The position numbers were made by a program, and so were the translations under genes. 64,000 nt of DNA from Chiloscyllium plagiosum (Eukaryota): assembly GCF_004010195.1 (NCBI RefSeq), contig NC_057718.1, positions 11,952,385-12,016,384 on the forward strand, read 5' to 3'. The notes below the pieces were generated by a model. The model saw only the letters and a list, made by a program, of their open reading frames with translations, did no database searches and was not told where the DNA came from. This document shows, piece after piece, positions 39,160-52,129 of this stretch (position 1 is its first letter; each line of letters opens with the position of its first letter).

Positions 39160-39358
39160 NNNNNNNNNNNNNNNNNNNNNNNNNNNNNNNNNNNNNNNNN
39201 NNNNNNNNNNNNNNNNNNNNNNNNNNNNNNNNNNNNNNNNNNNNNNNNNNNNNNNNNNNNNNNNNNNNNNNNNNNNNNNNNNNNNNNNNNNNNNNNNNNN
39301 NNNNNNNNNNNNNNNNNNNNNNNNNNNNNNNNNNNNNNNNNNNNNNNNNNNNNNNNNN
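39160..39358. other. Assembly gap (N run)
   Basis: Ns in sequence. Confidence 1.
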
Positions 39359-39524
39359 CTTGTCGGACCTGCCCAGCTCCTTTTCCACCTATCCACTCCA
39401 CCCTCTCCTCCCTGACCTATCACCTTCATCTCCTTCCCCACTGACCTATTGTACTCTATGCTACTCTCTCCCCACCCCCACCCTCCTCTAGCTTATCTCT
39501 CCACGCTTCAGGCTCTCTGCCTTT

Positions 39525-39560
39525 ATTCCTGATGAAGGGCTTTTGCCCGAAACGTCGATT
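39525..39560 (+). ncRNA. Minimal hammerhead ribozyme (intact core)
   Basis: AUUC-CUGAUGA-A-GGGC-UUUU-GCCC-GAAA-C-GUC-GAUU, identical to the inverted copy. Confidence 0.82.
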
Positions 39561-41909
39561 TTGCCTGTCCTCGGATGCTGCCTGAATTGCTGTGCTCTTC
39601 CAGCACCACTGATCCAGGATCCCCTGGATTACTAGTCAGGTGACATTACAATGATGTCATTGTCTAGACCACATACCTTTGCTGTGCCCATGTAAAAACA
39701 CTCCAAGACATATAGAGTCATAGAAATGTACAGCACGGAATCAGACCCTTCGGCCCAACCCAATCTAGTCCCGTACCCGTACGAAGCTATAAATCTTTAA
39801 TGCATGTTATTGCTCCAAACCAGTTGCTCCCTTTCACTGAGGGAGAAAAGGGGCAACTTCCCTTTGAGGGTGAGCATTGGTCCTTCAAGTTTTGCTGACT
39901 CATAGCCAAGCAGCTGGCAGATGTGCTCCTCCAATGTACATTTTCCATGTGCAGGAAATCTGTTGAAATAAACTAGCAGGACAACATTTCAATAAACTGG
40001 ATCCCATTGCTGCCAACGGTGACTTGCCTTGCAATATGTAAGATAGCAGTCTCAAACTTGCCAGATTCTGGAGCTTGTGGCTTAGCAGTCCTTCAGCATG
40101 ATGTTCTCCTCAGGATTAAGGTTTGCGGTACTATCATTAGCGAGGAAACAGTCCAGGCATGGATTTGTTCACTTTCAGTTAAAAATATTTATGTCCATGT
40201 AGTGTCTCTCAGAAATGGCTCAAGTTACTTTACATATAATTAACTAGTTTAAACTGTGGTTGTTATGTAGGAAAATTCAAGGGATTAAAAGAAAACGTTT
40301 CAGCTTTTATTATGCTGTCTTGGACATCATGCTGAGTTTGACATCCTACATTCCTTTTCCCAACATGATAGCTCTTATTGTAGGTCTTAAAATGACAAAA
40401 CACTACTGGGGAAAAGTCAAAATTTTCAATCACCTATTTTAGCGTCAGTCTTGGCAAAGAACTGCAACAAGCCATTCCTTACCAACGTTAACGATTACCT
40501 TGAGCCAACTGGTTAATATTTCTCTTATCCAACCAAAGACTTTAACCATTTCCTTCCTCTGAGTTCTTTTGGTAGGGCAAGGACGCAGTCATCAAATCCA
40601 CTCCAGCCAGATCAGGAGTCAAACTTCATGCTGTTGCACCAATCTGATCCAAACTGGTCATCTAACTAAGAAAGCTAACCAGCCCCACCAAGGACTCTGA
40701 ATTGGTGTGACAACACATACTTTTATGTGCATGCTGTAGTCGGAGCAATGGACAGTTTCGGTAGAGGCTCCAATTTCTTTTCATCACATGGCCAATCAGG
40801 AATCTTGTCTGCTTTTACCACCCGCCATCAGCACATGTTGGAAGGATTTACAAGTTGATACTCAGCCTATTTGGCTACATTCAGAATGCACTTTCTTCAG
40901 CCATTAAGTGCCAGAGTTAGACTTGACACTGACATGCTACCAACACCCCCACAAGAGTTCTTCTTAACCACATTAAAGATGGAAATTCATTTAGGACCAT
41001 TTTCTGAAATACACATCAGTCAGGAAGCCCAAAATCAGATAAACTTTTCGGATCCATCCTAATATTCCTTTCCGATGCTCTGCATAAAACTTTGATAATA
41101 CTTTCTTCAGAGGTTTTACTTCTTAAAAGGCACAATATAAATTGTTGTATTATTGTTAGGAAATGCATTCAGGGCAATAGTATTAGCTCATCAGTTAATC
41201 AATCATCAATCAAGGGGCAAAAGACATCATTTTACAGGATACATAGAAATCCATAAGTAAATCCAGTCCAATGGGAAGAAAAATTAGATGATAGTTGTGC
41301 CTAATGAGATCATATAAATTTAGTGCTGATGATTGCTCTGATATACAGTGCACAACTCAAACACCTCTGCACTCAGCTGGAAGGCTCATTCTGGTGATTT
41401 GAGTAATTCAGTGATTTTAGAATGATAAATTAAGAAAACTGAAGAGATTAGAATAATATTTAGAAACAAAAAATTGAGGATTCTGAATTTTTGTAAGAAG
41501 ACTGAAAATTGCTCTGCTAACATTGTTCTAAATAATGCAAACAAACCTATCTGGATGCAAACGTGTACCAATATGTAGGTTGTAAGGCTGACAACAAAGA
41601 ATGTTAAAGCAGCTGTTTTATGTTTGTCAATAATAGCAACAAGCACATAAATAAATCCTTTGGGTTTCTTGGAACTGCTGGAAGAATCAGAGTTCAATGT
41701 TAATTTGTTCTGACTATGTTAAAACTGTACAGAACTGAACTGCTTTAGTGACTATATTTGCATGTAAAGATTTTTATGAACAAGGTATATTTTTCAAATT
41801 AAAAAAAAAATAAATTCTATGTGTCTTTAAGTTATATGGTGCAAAACTATCATGTGAGAGTTTTCATGGGTTAAGAAATTACATTGCCCATTATCTTAAC
41901 AGAATGATG

Positions 41910-42210
41910 AACATAGAAACATAGAAAATAGGAGCAGGAGTAGGCCATTCGGCCTTGTGAGCCCGTGCCTCCATTCAATATTATCCTGGCTGATCATGCA
42001 ATCTCAGTCTCCCATTCCCACTTCCTCTCCATACCCCTTGGTCCCTTTAGCTGCAAGGGCCATGTCCAGCTCCCTCTCGAATATATCTAATGAACTGTCC
42101 CTAACATCCTCCTGTGGGAGAGATTCCACAGGTTCACCACTCTCCGAGTGAAGAAATTCTTCCACATCTCAGTCCTGAATGACTTACCCTTATTCTTAGA
42201 CTGTGAACCT
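41910..42210 (-). mobile_element. CR1 3' end
   Basis: (aacatag)2 aaaataggagcaggagtaggccattcggcc tail; gtgaagaaattcttccacatctcagtcct. Confidence 0.85.
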
Positions 42211-43706
42211 GTAAATAAAACAACAAATTTTCACACAATCACAAAATATTAAGTGATTAGATACTAAAAATGTAAATAAATGACTGGCATTTATATAGCT
42301 TTTTTAAAAATTACTAGGTGTGTCCTAAAAGCACACTTTAGTTCACAGCTTCCTTTCAAAGCTTATATTGATATTCAGGTTACCTAGACCAGTCACTAAA
42401 TATATTCAAATTGAAATGATTAACAATACTATTTTGTTTGCCATGTCTTAAAATATGCATGTTACAAAACCACAACATGATTGTCTTTGATATGCTAAGA
42501 ATTCCAGGCTAACAATATAGCAATGTGAATGATCAATGGGTTTGCTATGCCTGAGAACTTATGCAATGGTGTGGGTGGAAAAGTCCCAGTGAAAATGAAA
42601 TTCATATTCCCACTGTCGTTACACGGCATACTTGAATCATTGGTATCCTGCAATCTCTTTGTTAACTTAAAAAAAAAGATAAACTACAAAAAGCTCACTG
42701 GAAACATAAGTTATGTAAAATAAATAAAATCTGTTGTGACCACAAGTCAAATACAATGCACTATACCACTCAAGAGAAGGCTCATAAATCAGCTGCAGCA
42801 GTTAGCTTTAGTTCTGGAGACATGTGTCATATCCACCCATGGGCCAATATGCATATTCCATGCAATGACCTTTCACAGAAAACAGAGCTGTTTTAAACAG
42901 GATCAGGAGGTATTTTATATATTGTATATCTTATTTACTGCGACTTCAGCTTTGATCTGCCAAGGAGTCTATAATTTCCAACAACACTAACAGGACTGCC
43001 GGTAAGGTCACCAGGAGGATAAATTGTTTATCCAACAATGTGACAGTCAAACTGTGGCAGACTGACTCAAACATCCATTATTCAAGAAGAAAGCATCACG
43101 ATTTCCGTTAGGCTTTGGTCCCTTTGGGATAAAATTCTCGACTGATCTTTGAAAAGATTTAAGTAATGCTTCTGCGATGATTCAGTCTGTGCACAGCTGA
43201 GTTACAAATTCTGAACAATCTTAGATAGTCTATAGTTCCAAAGAAGGCATGTCGTACACAAAATGTTAACTCTCTTTCTCTCTCCAGAGATGCTGCCAGG
43301 CTTGCTGAACATTTCCAGCACTTTCTGTTTTTATTTCAAGCCATCAACATCAGCACTATCTTGCTTTCACTGAAAAATCTTGCATCCAATTTCTGGTCTG
43401 CTCTAAATTAGCTGGGACTACAGTTGGCTCAGTACCACTGACTAGAATAAGACAGTCGGCCAGCAAGCTCTTCCACATGTGTGGGAATTGGATGAGGGAA
43501 GGATCGAGATTGGCTTTGATGTCTCCATGAAGGTGAGGAAATTGTATCTGTGCTAAAACCCAATGTCTAGGACAACAAATGCATAATGGACATTTAAACA
43601 AGTGACCAATGGGCTGCTATTTATATGACTGAAACGCAGCAGAACTCAATGACTTCAAGAAAGGAGCAGGGAAGAACATGAGAAAAAAGATCAGTATTTA
43701 GGCAAA

Positions 43707-43840
43707 CTGAGGAAGGGTCACTGGACCTGAAATGTTAACTTTGATTTCTCTTCACAGATGCTGCCAGATATGCTAAGCTATTCCAGCAACTTTTGTTTTT
43801 GTTTCTGATTTACAACATCCGCAGTTCTTTCGGTTTTCAT
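43707..43840 (+). mobile_element. Hammerhead-family mini-element (5'-truncated at the core)
   Basis: CUGAGGA-A-GGGUC-ACUG-GACCU-GAAA-UGUU-AAC followed by gatgctgccaga..ttccagcaac..ctgatttacaacatccgcagttctttcggtttt. A more decayed copy lies at ~43232-43360. Confidence 0.75.
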
Positions 43841-44505
43841 CATTTAGGTATCTCCTTTTTAAGTCTCATTAGTTAACTATTAACTATTGTAATTTTCCTA
43901 AGAAAAGACGTAACAGTGCAGTGACCGTTTCATTAGAGAAATCCCTTCTGGTCATAGATTATTTATATTCTCCTTCTTGACTGTAATCTAGACAAGGTGA
44001 AAAGCTCACATGCCTCCACTCCTTAGAGCCAAGAAAGTCAAGGGATATAGGCTCATCATAATGAATGAGTAATGGTTGATATCCAGCATATTCTGGCTAT
44101 GCTCTCTGTATGATTTGAATGTAGATCTATGAGAAGCTGACTCCAGTAGTATCAACTGCTTACGATAAAGTGAAAAGTGCATGGAAAATTCCCTACCACA
44201 TTGGTTTGACTTTGCAGCCTCACATGAAGATGGAAATGACTATTTCATTTATCATTTCTGTAGGCAGTTTTCTTTCATTTACTTATGGGATGTGCAAGTC
44301 ACTGGCTAGGCTAGCATTTATTGTCCATCCTAAGTTGTGGTTAAGGAAGCAATACCAAGCTGCCTTCTTGAACTACTAAAGTCCATTTTCTGTAGGTAAA
44401 CCCACGATGGCATTTGGAATAGAGTTCCTAGATTTTGACCCAGTGACACGGAAGGAACAATGACATATTTCCAAGTCAGGATGGTGAGTGGTTTGGAGGA
44501 AAAAT

Positions 44506-44935
44506 TGGATTTGAATTTGAAATTAAATTTGAATTAGCTTTATTGTCACATGTACTCAAATCAGTACTGTGAGAAATATATATGTCGCCACTTATAGCCC
44601 CATCTCAGGTAGAGTACCAAGGTATAATCCTTAGTTACAGAGTAGAGAAATGAGGAAAAGCAAGGTTACATTACAGTTATACAGCGTATAACCATACATC
44701 AGAAAATACAAGAAGCGAAGTTAAAAAGAAAAACATGTGGTCTGACTGCTGGCTGCCGTCATGCTCTGTGCTGAGCCACTGCTGACCCTGCTCTGGCCAC
44801 TGGTCGCTGATGTCCCCACTCTGCCCCGGCATTTCTGCTGACCCCACTTCAGAGGCTGGGAGTCAGAGGACGGGACTGGGTTTCCGAGACCAAAAGAAGA
44901 GAGAGAAGGGAGGAAAGAGGGAGAAAAAAAGAAAA
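44506..44935 (-). mobile_element. Non-autonomous element with Rex1/Babar-like tail
   Basis: Minus-strand tail taagtggcgacata..ttgagtacatgtgacaataaagctaattcaaa(tt)caaa matches the tails at 6620-6712 and 52470-53135. Confidence 0.6.
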
Positions 44936-46315
44936 AGAATGGGCATATTTCATTCTTGTACAAGAAACAGAAATCTTCCATCTTAGAACATTCTCTTAAG
45001 CTGTCTGCATTAATCTGTTTATACTCTGTATAAACAGGCCTTAGGATTGCACTGTTGATGACCCAGAGATCATAGATCAGGACAGCACAGGAACAGGCCC
45101 TTCAGCCCACTATGTCTGTGCCAACCATGATGCCATTTTAAACAAATCTCACGTGTCTGCACATGACCTGTATCCCCCTATTTCCTGCCTGTTCATGTGT
45201 CTGTTTAAATGCTTCTTAACAGTTGTAATCATATCTGCTTCAACCAGCTCCCCTGGCAGCACGTTCCAGGTACCGACCACCTTCTGTGTAAAAAGTGCTA
45301 ACTCCGCCTGCACTCATCCTTAAGTTCTTCCAACTGCATGTATGTCCCTGCACTGGATGTTTTGGAATGTTTGCATTATTAGTGGTACTGTGCAGATAGT
45401 GTCAAAATCTTTGAAATTAATCCTTAAGTATGCACATACAATTATTGATAATAATCTTGCTATATCCACAAAGGAGCAAACAGTCTGGTAACCTCAAGCA
45501 GAAAAAACAAAACACCAAATACAAGAGCCTACTGAATTGCGTGCTATGAACACCAGCTTCTGCAAGGCAAGGAGGAACACCAAGTTCAAGTGAACCACAG
45601 CTAACAGCATCAAAAGAAGTTGTTTCATTCTTTGAAATCTGCAAGCCTGGCGCTCAGTAAGAACCCACGAAACGGGTAGAAGTAAAATGAGTCATTGTTT
45701 CCTAGCAATGCTACAATGATTTCTTGCCAAGCCTGCCCACAGCAACACTGGCTCGAGAACAGTTTATTTTTTTTTCAGAACTTAACCATAGTCACTTGAC
45801 ATTAAAAACAGCTTCATGTCAGACAATGACAACTTACAACTTTGGTTCTAAAATCCAACCTGTTTAGAAATAATAGTCAGAGAGATTAGCAATGAATTCA
45901 TTGAAATTAGCAGGTCTGCAAATTGTCCTGCCAAGCTTTCTTTTATTCTTCTTTCTGATGTGAAGACACAATTTATTTGAAATACTTATTTGTGACATTT
46001 TCTATTCCAGTCGATGGCTTGGTAATTGGTTGGGAGATAGGGGCTAGAAAGTAGGAATAAAGGGATTATTCTTTGCTTCGTGGAGATATGATGAAAGATG
46101 TTCCCCAGGGTTTGTACTAGATTCTCAGCTTTTCACCACATACCTCAATGACTTCAATTAACAAATAGAGAGTTATATATCCCAGTTCGTTAATATCACT
46201 GTCAGTGGGCACATGGCGTCGCACAGGAAGCTATGGAGGTAGAATGACTGACTCCCAGGATGTAATTTGCAGATAACATAATTAGTGGAGGAACTGTAGT
46301 CATTATTGCAACTTG

Positions 46316-47313
46316 TTCTATGCTGAAGTAACAGAAGCTACAACAATTGAATTATAGCGCAGTTAATTCCTCTCAACAAATTTAAAAGTAGATAAATGGA
46401 CCATTTTCAAAATTTCAAATAAAGGGTTTCCAACAATAATCAGATAAATATTAGTCTAAACCTGGATGCAGTTTGTGAAAACAGATGTCAATTTCTTGAT
46501 CTTAGCTGGAGGAGAACAATCATTTACCAGAATGAGAGAAAGGAGGAAACTCTAACAAAGGTTTATTGGAACTGAATTTTACATCCCACATCCTTCGGAA
46601 TGGGTTGCAGGTAGAAGACTCCATGACTACCACCTGCTGCGCTGTAAGTTTACCATTGGTAGGGAAAGTATTGAGAGGCCTGTCTGCCTATGTGTCAATT
46701 GAGGTCTTTAAGTGGTTTCTTACGGACCTTATTACACTGCCACTGCAGTTTAACCAACAATAGAAGGGCCCATGCCAAGCATCTTTCAACCTAGCATCTT
46801 TCACTGTGCTGACTGATTGCAGGTAAGGTAGCAATTTAACAGATGCTCTGGGTCCATTGGAGCTTCCACTTGCCAAGGTATTCCCTCTAGAACCCATGGC
46901 ATGTTTATCCCAAGCTCCCCAACCCCTGTCTTCTAGCCTGACCTCACTAAAACCTCCCTGACAACTTATCTTTAACTACAGGTCCATGGCTCTGTTGTGG
47001 TTTCTGGTTAAAACACTCTACCAGTTGGAAATGGTCTGAGTGTTCCCATATATTTGGCCTCGAAATATACAAGAGGTTTTTAAGGAGATAGATGTCTTGA
47101 AATTTATTAACACTACTTAATGGCTACAAAATCTCAGACTTACACATAGTCTGGGTTCTGTGCTTAATACTGCATCCAGGTTTAGATTAATATTTATCTG
47201 ATTATTGTTGGAAACCCTTTATTTGAAATTTTGAAAATGGTCCATTTATCTACTTTTAAATTGGTTGAGAGGAATTAATCAATTGTTGTAGCTTCTGTTA
47301 CTTCAGCATAGAA
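46316..47313. repeat. Inverted duplication: arms 46316-46472 and 47169-47313, ~700-bp spacer
   Basis: Arms are reverse complements with 2 substitutions and one 12-nt indel (attatagcgcag). Confidence 0.95.
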
Positions 47314-48827
47314 ACAACAACAACTGCTACTACATCAAGAATGTCTACTGAAGTTGAGGGAGGTACCTTTATATGTGATCTCACCTAATTGTCTTAAAAA
47401 CTTGCCTGCCTGGTTTGGAATGCATATAATAATATAACGGGCTCCTTGTGTCAGTTTCAACTCAGTAGTATGCTTGCTTCTGAGTCAGGAGATTATGCAT
47501 TCAAATCCTGATGTAAGACTTAGGGGACACTTGAGGCTCTGTGGTGGTATCCCTATCTCTGGACCAGAAATCCCACGTACTCCAGAGCTATGTCATAACA
47601 GGTTGATTAAAAATATCTACAGTGTGTTCCTTGCCTTGCTGGGACTGGATGCAGTCCCAGCATGGCAACAGCTTCCAAAGATGATTCTGAAATTAGAGAT
47701 CTGCCGCGTATTTAAATGGTTAGCAGCGCTCAGAAGTAGAACTTCCTGTCCAGGAAGGATGCGGGCAGAAGCACAGAAGATCCATTTTGAACCATTTAAA
47801 AGTGTGACTTCCAGGGGTGCATCATTAAATCTAGCTCATGATAGTTTGTTATACTGCTTTCGGCAGATGGAAACTGTAAAGCATGTTGGAAGCTCCTAAC
47901 ATCATGAAAGGTCCTGCAAACCTACTTTTGTCTTTTGTAAACCTTTCAATATTTTGGAACTGACATTAATCCTCCAGTTACACTCGAATCTCTTCGTGGG
48001 CAGTTGTGGAACACACTTGCAGATATGGAACATTTTTCAATAATCTTTAAACATATGATGGTATTCAGAAAAGGCTACTTCCACAAAAAGGAATATTAAA
48101 TTATGCAAAGTCCTGTGGTTGCAATAGGTTAAAGCTGATCCATTTATTTTACCACAACCTCTTGATTTTCCATAACGCTTAAGGATTAAGAAAGACACTA
48201 ACAGTCAGTTTAACATCCCAGTACTACTGTTTGCTATGTATTTAATCGATCTTCAAATGGCTTCGCCAAAATCTAAACTTCTTACATATTTGTATGACAC
48301 ATGGGTTAGATTTTAACTTGGGCCATCTGGTGCATTTAGGGCATAAGTAAGTCATAAATAATTTACTGTCTCATTCACGCGGACATTTTCACAGGCCTTC
48401 TACTGAAATATCTGTTTCATATTGTAGGCTCTTTTAATATAAGAGACTGCCCTTTTACTTTGAGGTCTTATGATGCAGGTGAGACACCAGTCATCCCCTT
48501 ATAATGAAATACTGTTCATGTGCCATATGTACTCCATGATAACAAACACTTGTAAGCTCTGCTTAATTTAAGATAATTTTGGATTTGTAGCATAAATATC
48601 AATTGAGCTCTACTATATCATGAATAGCCCAAGGAACCTATTCATGACATGACTTTGATGGTCCAAATACAAATCTTTCACTTGGAGGTCCAGAAAGAAA
48701 CAACTGGAGTTTCAGTTTCTACAGCTTGTCTTAGAGGTGTTTTCAAATTAATATATATTTCTACTTTTCCTTTTGGTCTCATTTCTCTCTGTTCATCCGT
48801 CTTTCTTTCTATTTTTTGTCATATACA

Positions 48828-49790
48828 TAAACGATTTGGATGTGAGCAATAAGAGGTACAGTTAGTAAGTTTGCAGATGACACCAAAATTGGAGGTGTAG
48901 TGGACAGCAAAGAAGGTTACCTCAGATTACAACAGATGAGCCAATGGGGTGAGAAGTGGCAGATGGAGTTTAATTCAGATAAATGCGAGGTGCTGCATTT
49001 GGGAAAGTAAATCTTAGCAGGACTTACATACTTATTGGTAAGGTCCTAGAGAGTGTTGCTGAACAAAGAGACCTTGGAGTGCAGGTTCATAGCTCCTTGA
49101 AAGGAGTCGCAGGTAGATAGGATAGTGAAAAAGGCGTATGGAATGCTTTTCTTTATTGGTCAGAGTATTGAGTACAGGGGTTGGGAGGTCATATTACGGC
49201 TGTACAGGACATTGGTTAGGCCACTGTTGGAATATTGCGTGCAATTCTGGTCTCCTTCCTATCGGAAAGACGTTGTGAAACTTGGAAGGGTTCAGAAAAG
49301 ATTTACAAGGATGTTGCCAGGGTTGGAGGATTTGAGTTATGGAGAGAGGCTGAACAGGCTGGGGCTGTTTTCCCTGGGGCGTCGGAGGCTGAGTGGTGAC
49401 CTTATAGAGGTTTACAAAATTATGAGGGGCATGGATAGGGTAAATAGACAAAGTCTTTTCCCTGGGGTGGGGAAGTCCAGAACTAGAGGGCATAGGTTTA
49501 GGGTGAGAGGGGAAAGATATAGAAGGGACCTAAGAACCAGCTGTTTCACACAGAGGGTGGTACAAGTATGGAATGAGCTGCCAGAGGAAGTGGTGGAGGC
49601 TGGTACAATTGCAACATTTAAGAGGCATTTGAATGGGTGTATGAATAGGAATGGTTTGGAGAGATATGTGCCGGGTGCTAGCAAGTTGGGCTAGATTGGG
49701 TTGGGATATCTGGTCGGCATGGATGGGTTGGACCGAAGGGTCTGTTTCCGTGCTGTACATCTCTATGAGTCTATGACTCTATGACTCTCA
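48828..49790 (+). mobile_element. CR1 (HER1-like) 3' end with (ctatga)n tail
   Basis: FADDTKIGG and ORF 49125-49694 LYRTLVRPLLEYCVQFWSP; tail ctatgagtctatgactctatgact. Confidence 0.95.
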
Positions 49791-50433
49791 TTCTGTCCAG
49801 TATCTAATTCAACTCTAATTAACATTTTTTTGGGCTGTTTTGTTTTCAAACCTTAAATCTCACTTTCAAGAGATAGACTATTTGTCTAGTTGTTCAACAA
49901 AACCTCAGATGCTTCATTGCCTGTGGTACAATGTGAACAGCTCGCACTTCCAGTAGCTTGAGGGACAAAAATGCTTTCAAGCTAATAGGCGAGGGGAGAA
50001 AAATCTACCTAATGGGACACACCGCAAGATGCCCTGCTCTCGCAAATTCTGGGCCATAACTTGAAGATTGATTGGAGATGTTATGATTTTTTCCTCAGAG
50101 AAAAGAAGGCAGAAGAAATTTAAGGGGTTTGGGCAGAGTGGACAGGGAGCCACTGTTCTCACTCAGGAAGAGATTGAAAATAAGAGGGTATAAGTATATG
50201 GACTCATAAAAGTAAAAATGGCATGAATGTTCTTTTTTACGCAACAAGTAAAAAGCATTGTAAAATGAATCTGAAAAGGAAGAATGAAGGTTTTGGAGAC
50301 AGCAGGAGAATGGCTTTAGGTGAATTGCTCATTTGGAGGGTATAGTGTTTTGAACCATTTGGACCTTGTTGACTATGAGGTCCTTGATTGGGGTTGTTAA
50401 CCTGGGTCAATCAGGAAGCCCTGGCTGACCATT

Positions 50434-51779
50434 ATAAGCAGGGGATTAATCCCTGCTCTCCCCTTCACTTTTTTGATCACGCAGCATTGCCCTCTGAGAA
50501 GGGCACTGCTTGTCACTGGCCACTCGGGTGTTTCCTTTCTTCCTGGTGGGGGACATTGAATAAAGATTGGTGCACCTTGTGTCTTTCACTGTGTCTCACA
50601 CCCGCACACACATAACATGGGTGCTGGGGACAAAATAAGCACTACCGAAGTTAGACTGCAGTGTGGGGGTAATTAAAAAAAAAAGAACAGGTGTGTCAGA
50701 GGTTCTATTCACTCTGAGAGCTGGAACTAAAAAAGAAAAAAAAGAAAATAAGCAGGGGATTAATCTCTGCCCTTCCCTTCACTTTTTTGATCACGCACCA
50801 TTGCCCTCTGAGGAGGGCACTGCTTGTCACTGGCCACTCGAGTGTTTCCCTTCTTCCTGGTGGTGGGAATTGAATAAAGATTTGTACACCTTGCGTCTCT
50901 CACTGTGTCTCACACCGGCGCACACACAACATGGGTCCTGGGGAAAATATAAGCACTGTTAGGTGGTAGTGTGGGGGTAGAAAAATAAAGAAAAATAAGA
51001 AAAAAAATGAAAAAATATAAGTAGGGGATTACTCCCTGCCTTCCCCTCCACTTTTTGATCACGCAGCATTGCCCTTTGATGAGAAGGGCACTGTTTGTTA
51101 CTGGTCACTTGGGTGTTTCCTTTTTTCCTGGTGATGGAATATAAATAAAGGTTTTGCGCAATTGTTGTTCTTCACTGTGTCCAACACCTGCACACACATG
51201 ACATGGGTGCTGGGGAAAGATAAGCACCACCGCTGTTAGGTGGTAGTGTGGGGACATTAAAAAAAAAAGAGAAAAAAATATCAGCAGAGGATTTAGAATC
51301 TTCTCAATTTAGGGGACAAAAAAATATAAGCAGGGAATTGTGCACCATTTTTTCATTTGTTTGGACTGTCTTGTTTGTGTTTGTTACTGTTAGCTCTTTA
51401 AGTGAAAGTGGGATTTGAAGTTTGCCCTTCTTTTCCGTGATAACTGAACAGTGGGCTTTGGGATTTATCCTTGCTGCCCCTTTCCTATAAACAGTGTTTT
51501 TTTGTGAACTGTTGCTTTTTGTTTATTGTTAACTGTGTGTTTTTAATTTGTACAGTTTTATAAAATATGAAAAAAGCATGGGATTGTGCACCGTTTTTCA
51601 TTTGATTAGACTGTCTTGTCCGTGTTTGTTACTGTTTCCTTTTTGATGACTAAAGGTGGGATTTGTGGTTTGCCCTCATTTCCCCGTTAACTGAATGGGA
51701 GGGTTTGGGGTTTGGGGTTTGGTCTTGCTGTCCCTGCTGTTTTTTGTTCATTGTCAACTATTTATATTATGAAAAAAAA
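50434..51779 (+). repeat. Composite tandem array of A-tailed units: type A x3 (50434-50684, 50748-51015, 51017-51278), short stub (51281-51325), type B x2 (51326-51572, 51573-51779)
   Basis: Direct comparison of units. Each starts AAGCAGGG(G/A)ATT-like and ends in an A-rich tract; type A has AATAAA and a pre-tail hairpin. Type B and the stub match 28931-29177. Confidence 0.9.
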
Positions 51780-52129
51780 GGGTTCCCAAGGTCCCATACC
51801 TCCCACGGGAGCCTTTGCCCCCACAAGTTAAGCTGCCTCAGGGGTTTTAGTTTTGTACTCTTGAGCGATGTAAAACTGTGGGCCCTGTATCATCTGCTGC
51901 TGCATACCGTCCACCTCTTCTTCCTCATCCACTGCCCGGACACACCTTGGCATGCCCATTTACAACCTGCCAGTGGGAATCCCCAGTGGACAGCTCTCTA
52001 TGCTCGTCCGCTCCACCTGTTCTTCCACTTCTTTTCTTCTTTGTCTTCTCTTTTCTTCCTGGCAGTGTTTTTTTTTCATTCTTCTCTCACGGCTTCTGAT
52101 AATTCCTGGCTTCCAGCGATGACTACCAG

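Larger units (their letters stand above)
38854..39620 (+). mobile_element. Young Penelope-like element with ~190-bp inverted pLTRs and 15-bp TSD; interior lost in gap 39160-39358
   Basis: Near-perfect inverted repeats 38890-39079 and 39428-39617. ORF piece TRRDIEQFFRRLRLQAYFHNQDSRP. TSD cccctggattactag at 38839-38853 and 39621-39635. Confidence 0.9.
38570..39660 (-). mobile_element. tRNA-derived SINE (same family as 9650-11320) split by a PLE
   Basis: ggcaaggccaatgttttttgcccatccctaactgcccttga tail; gaattagcctgg|TSD|tcaggtgacattac head. Confidence 0.75.

Noticed and set aside
50434..51779. CRISPR-like or snoRNA-cluster reading of the tandem array
   Set aside because: Units are ~200-270 bp without unique spacers, context is eukaryotic, and I see no consistent C/D or H/ACA box layout. 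A-tails and a TSD-flanked relative point to retroposition.
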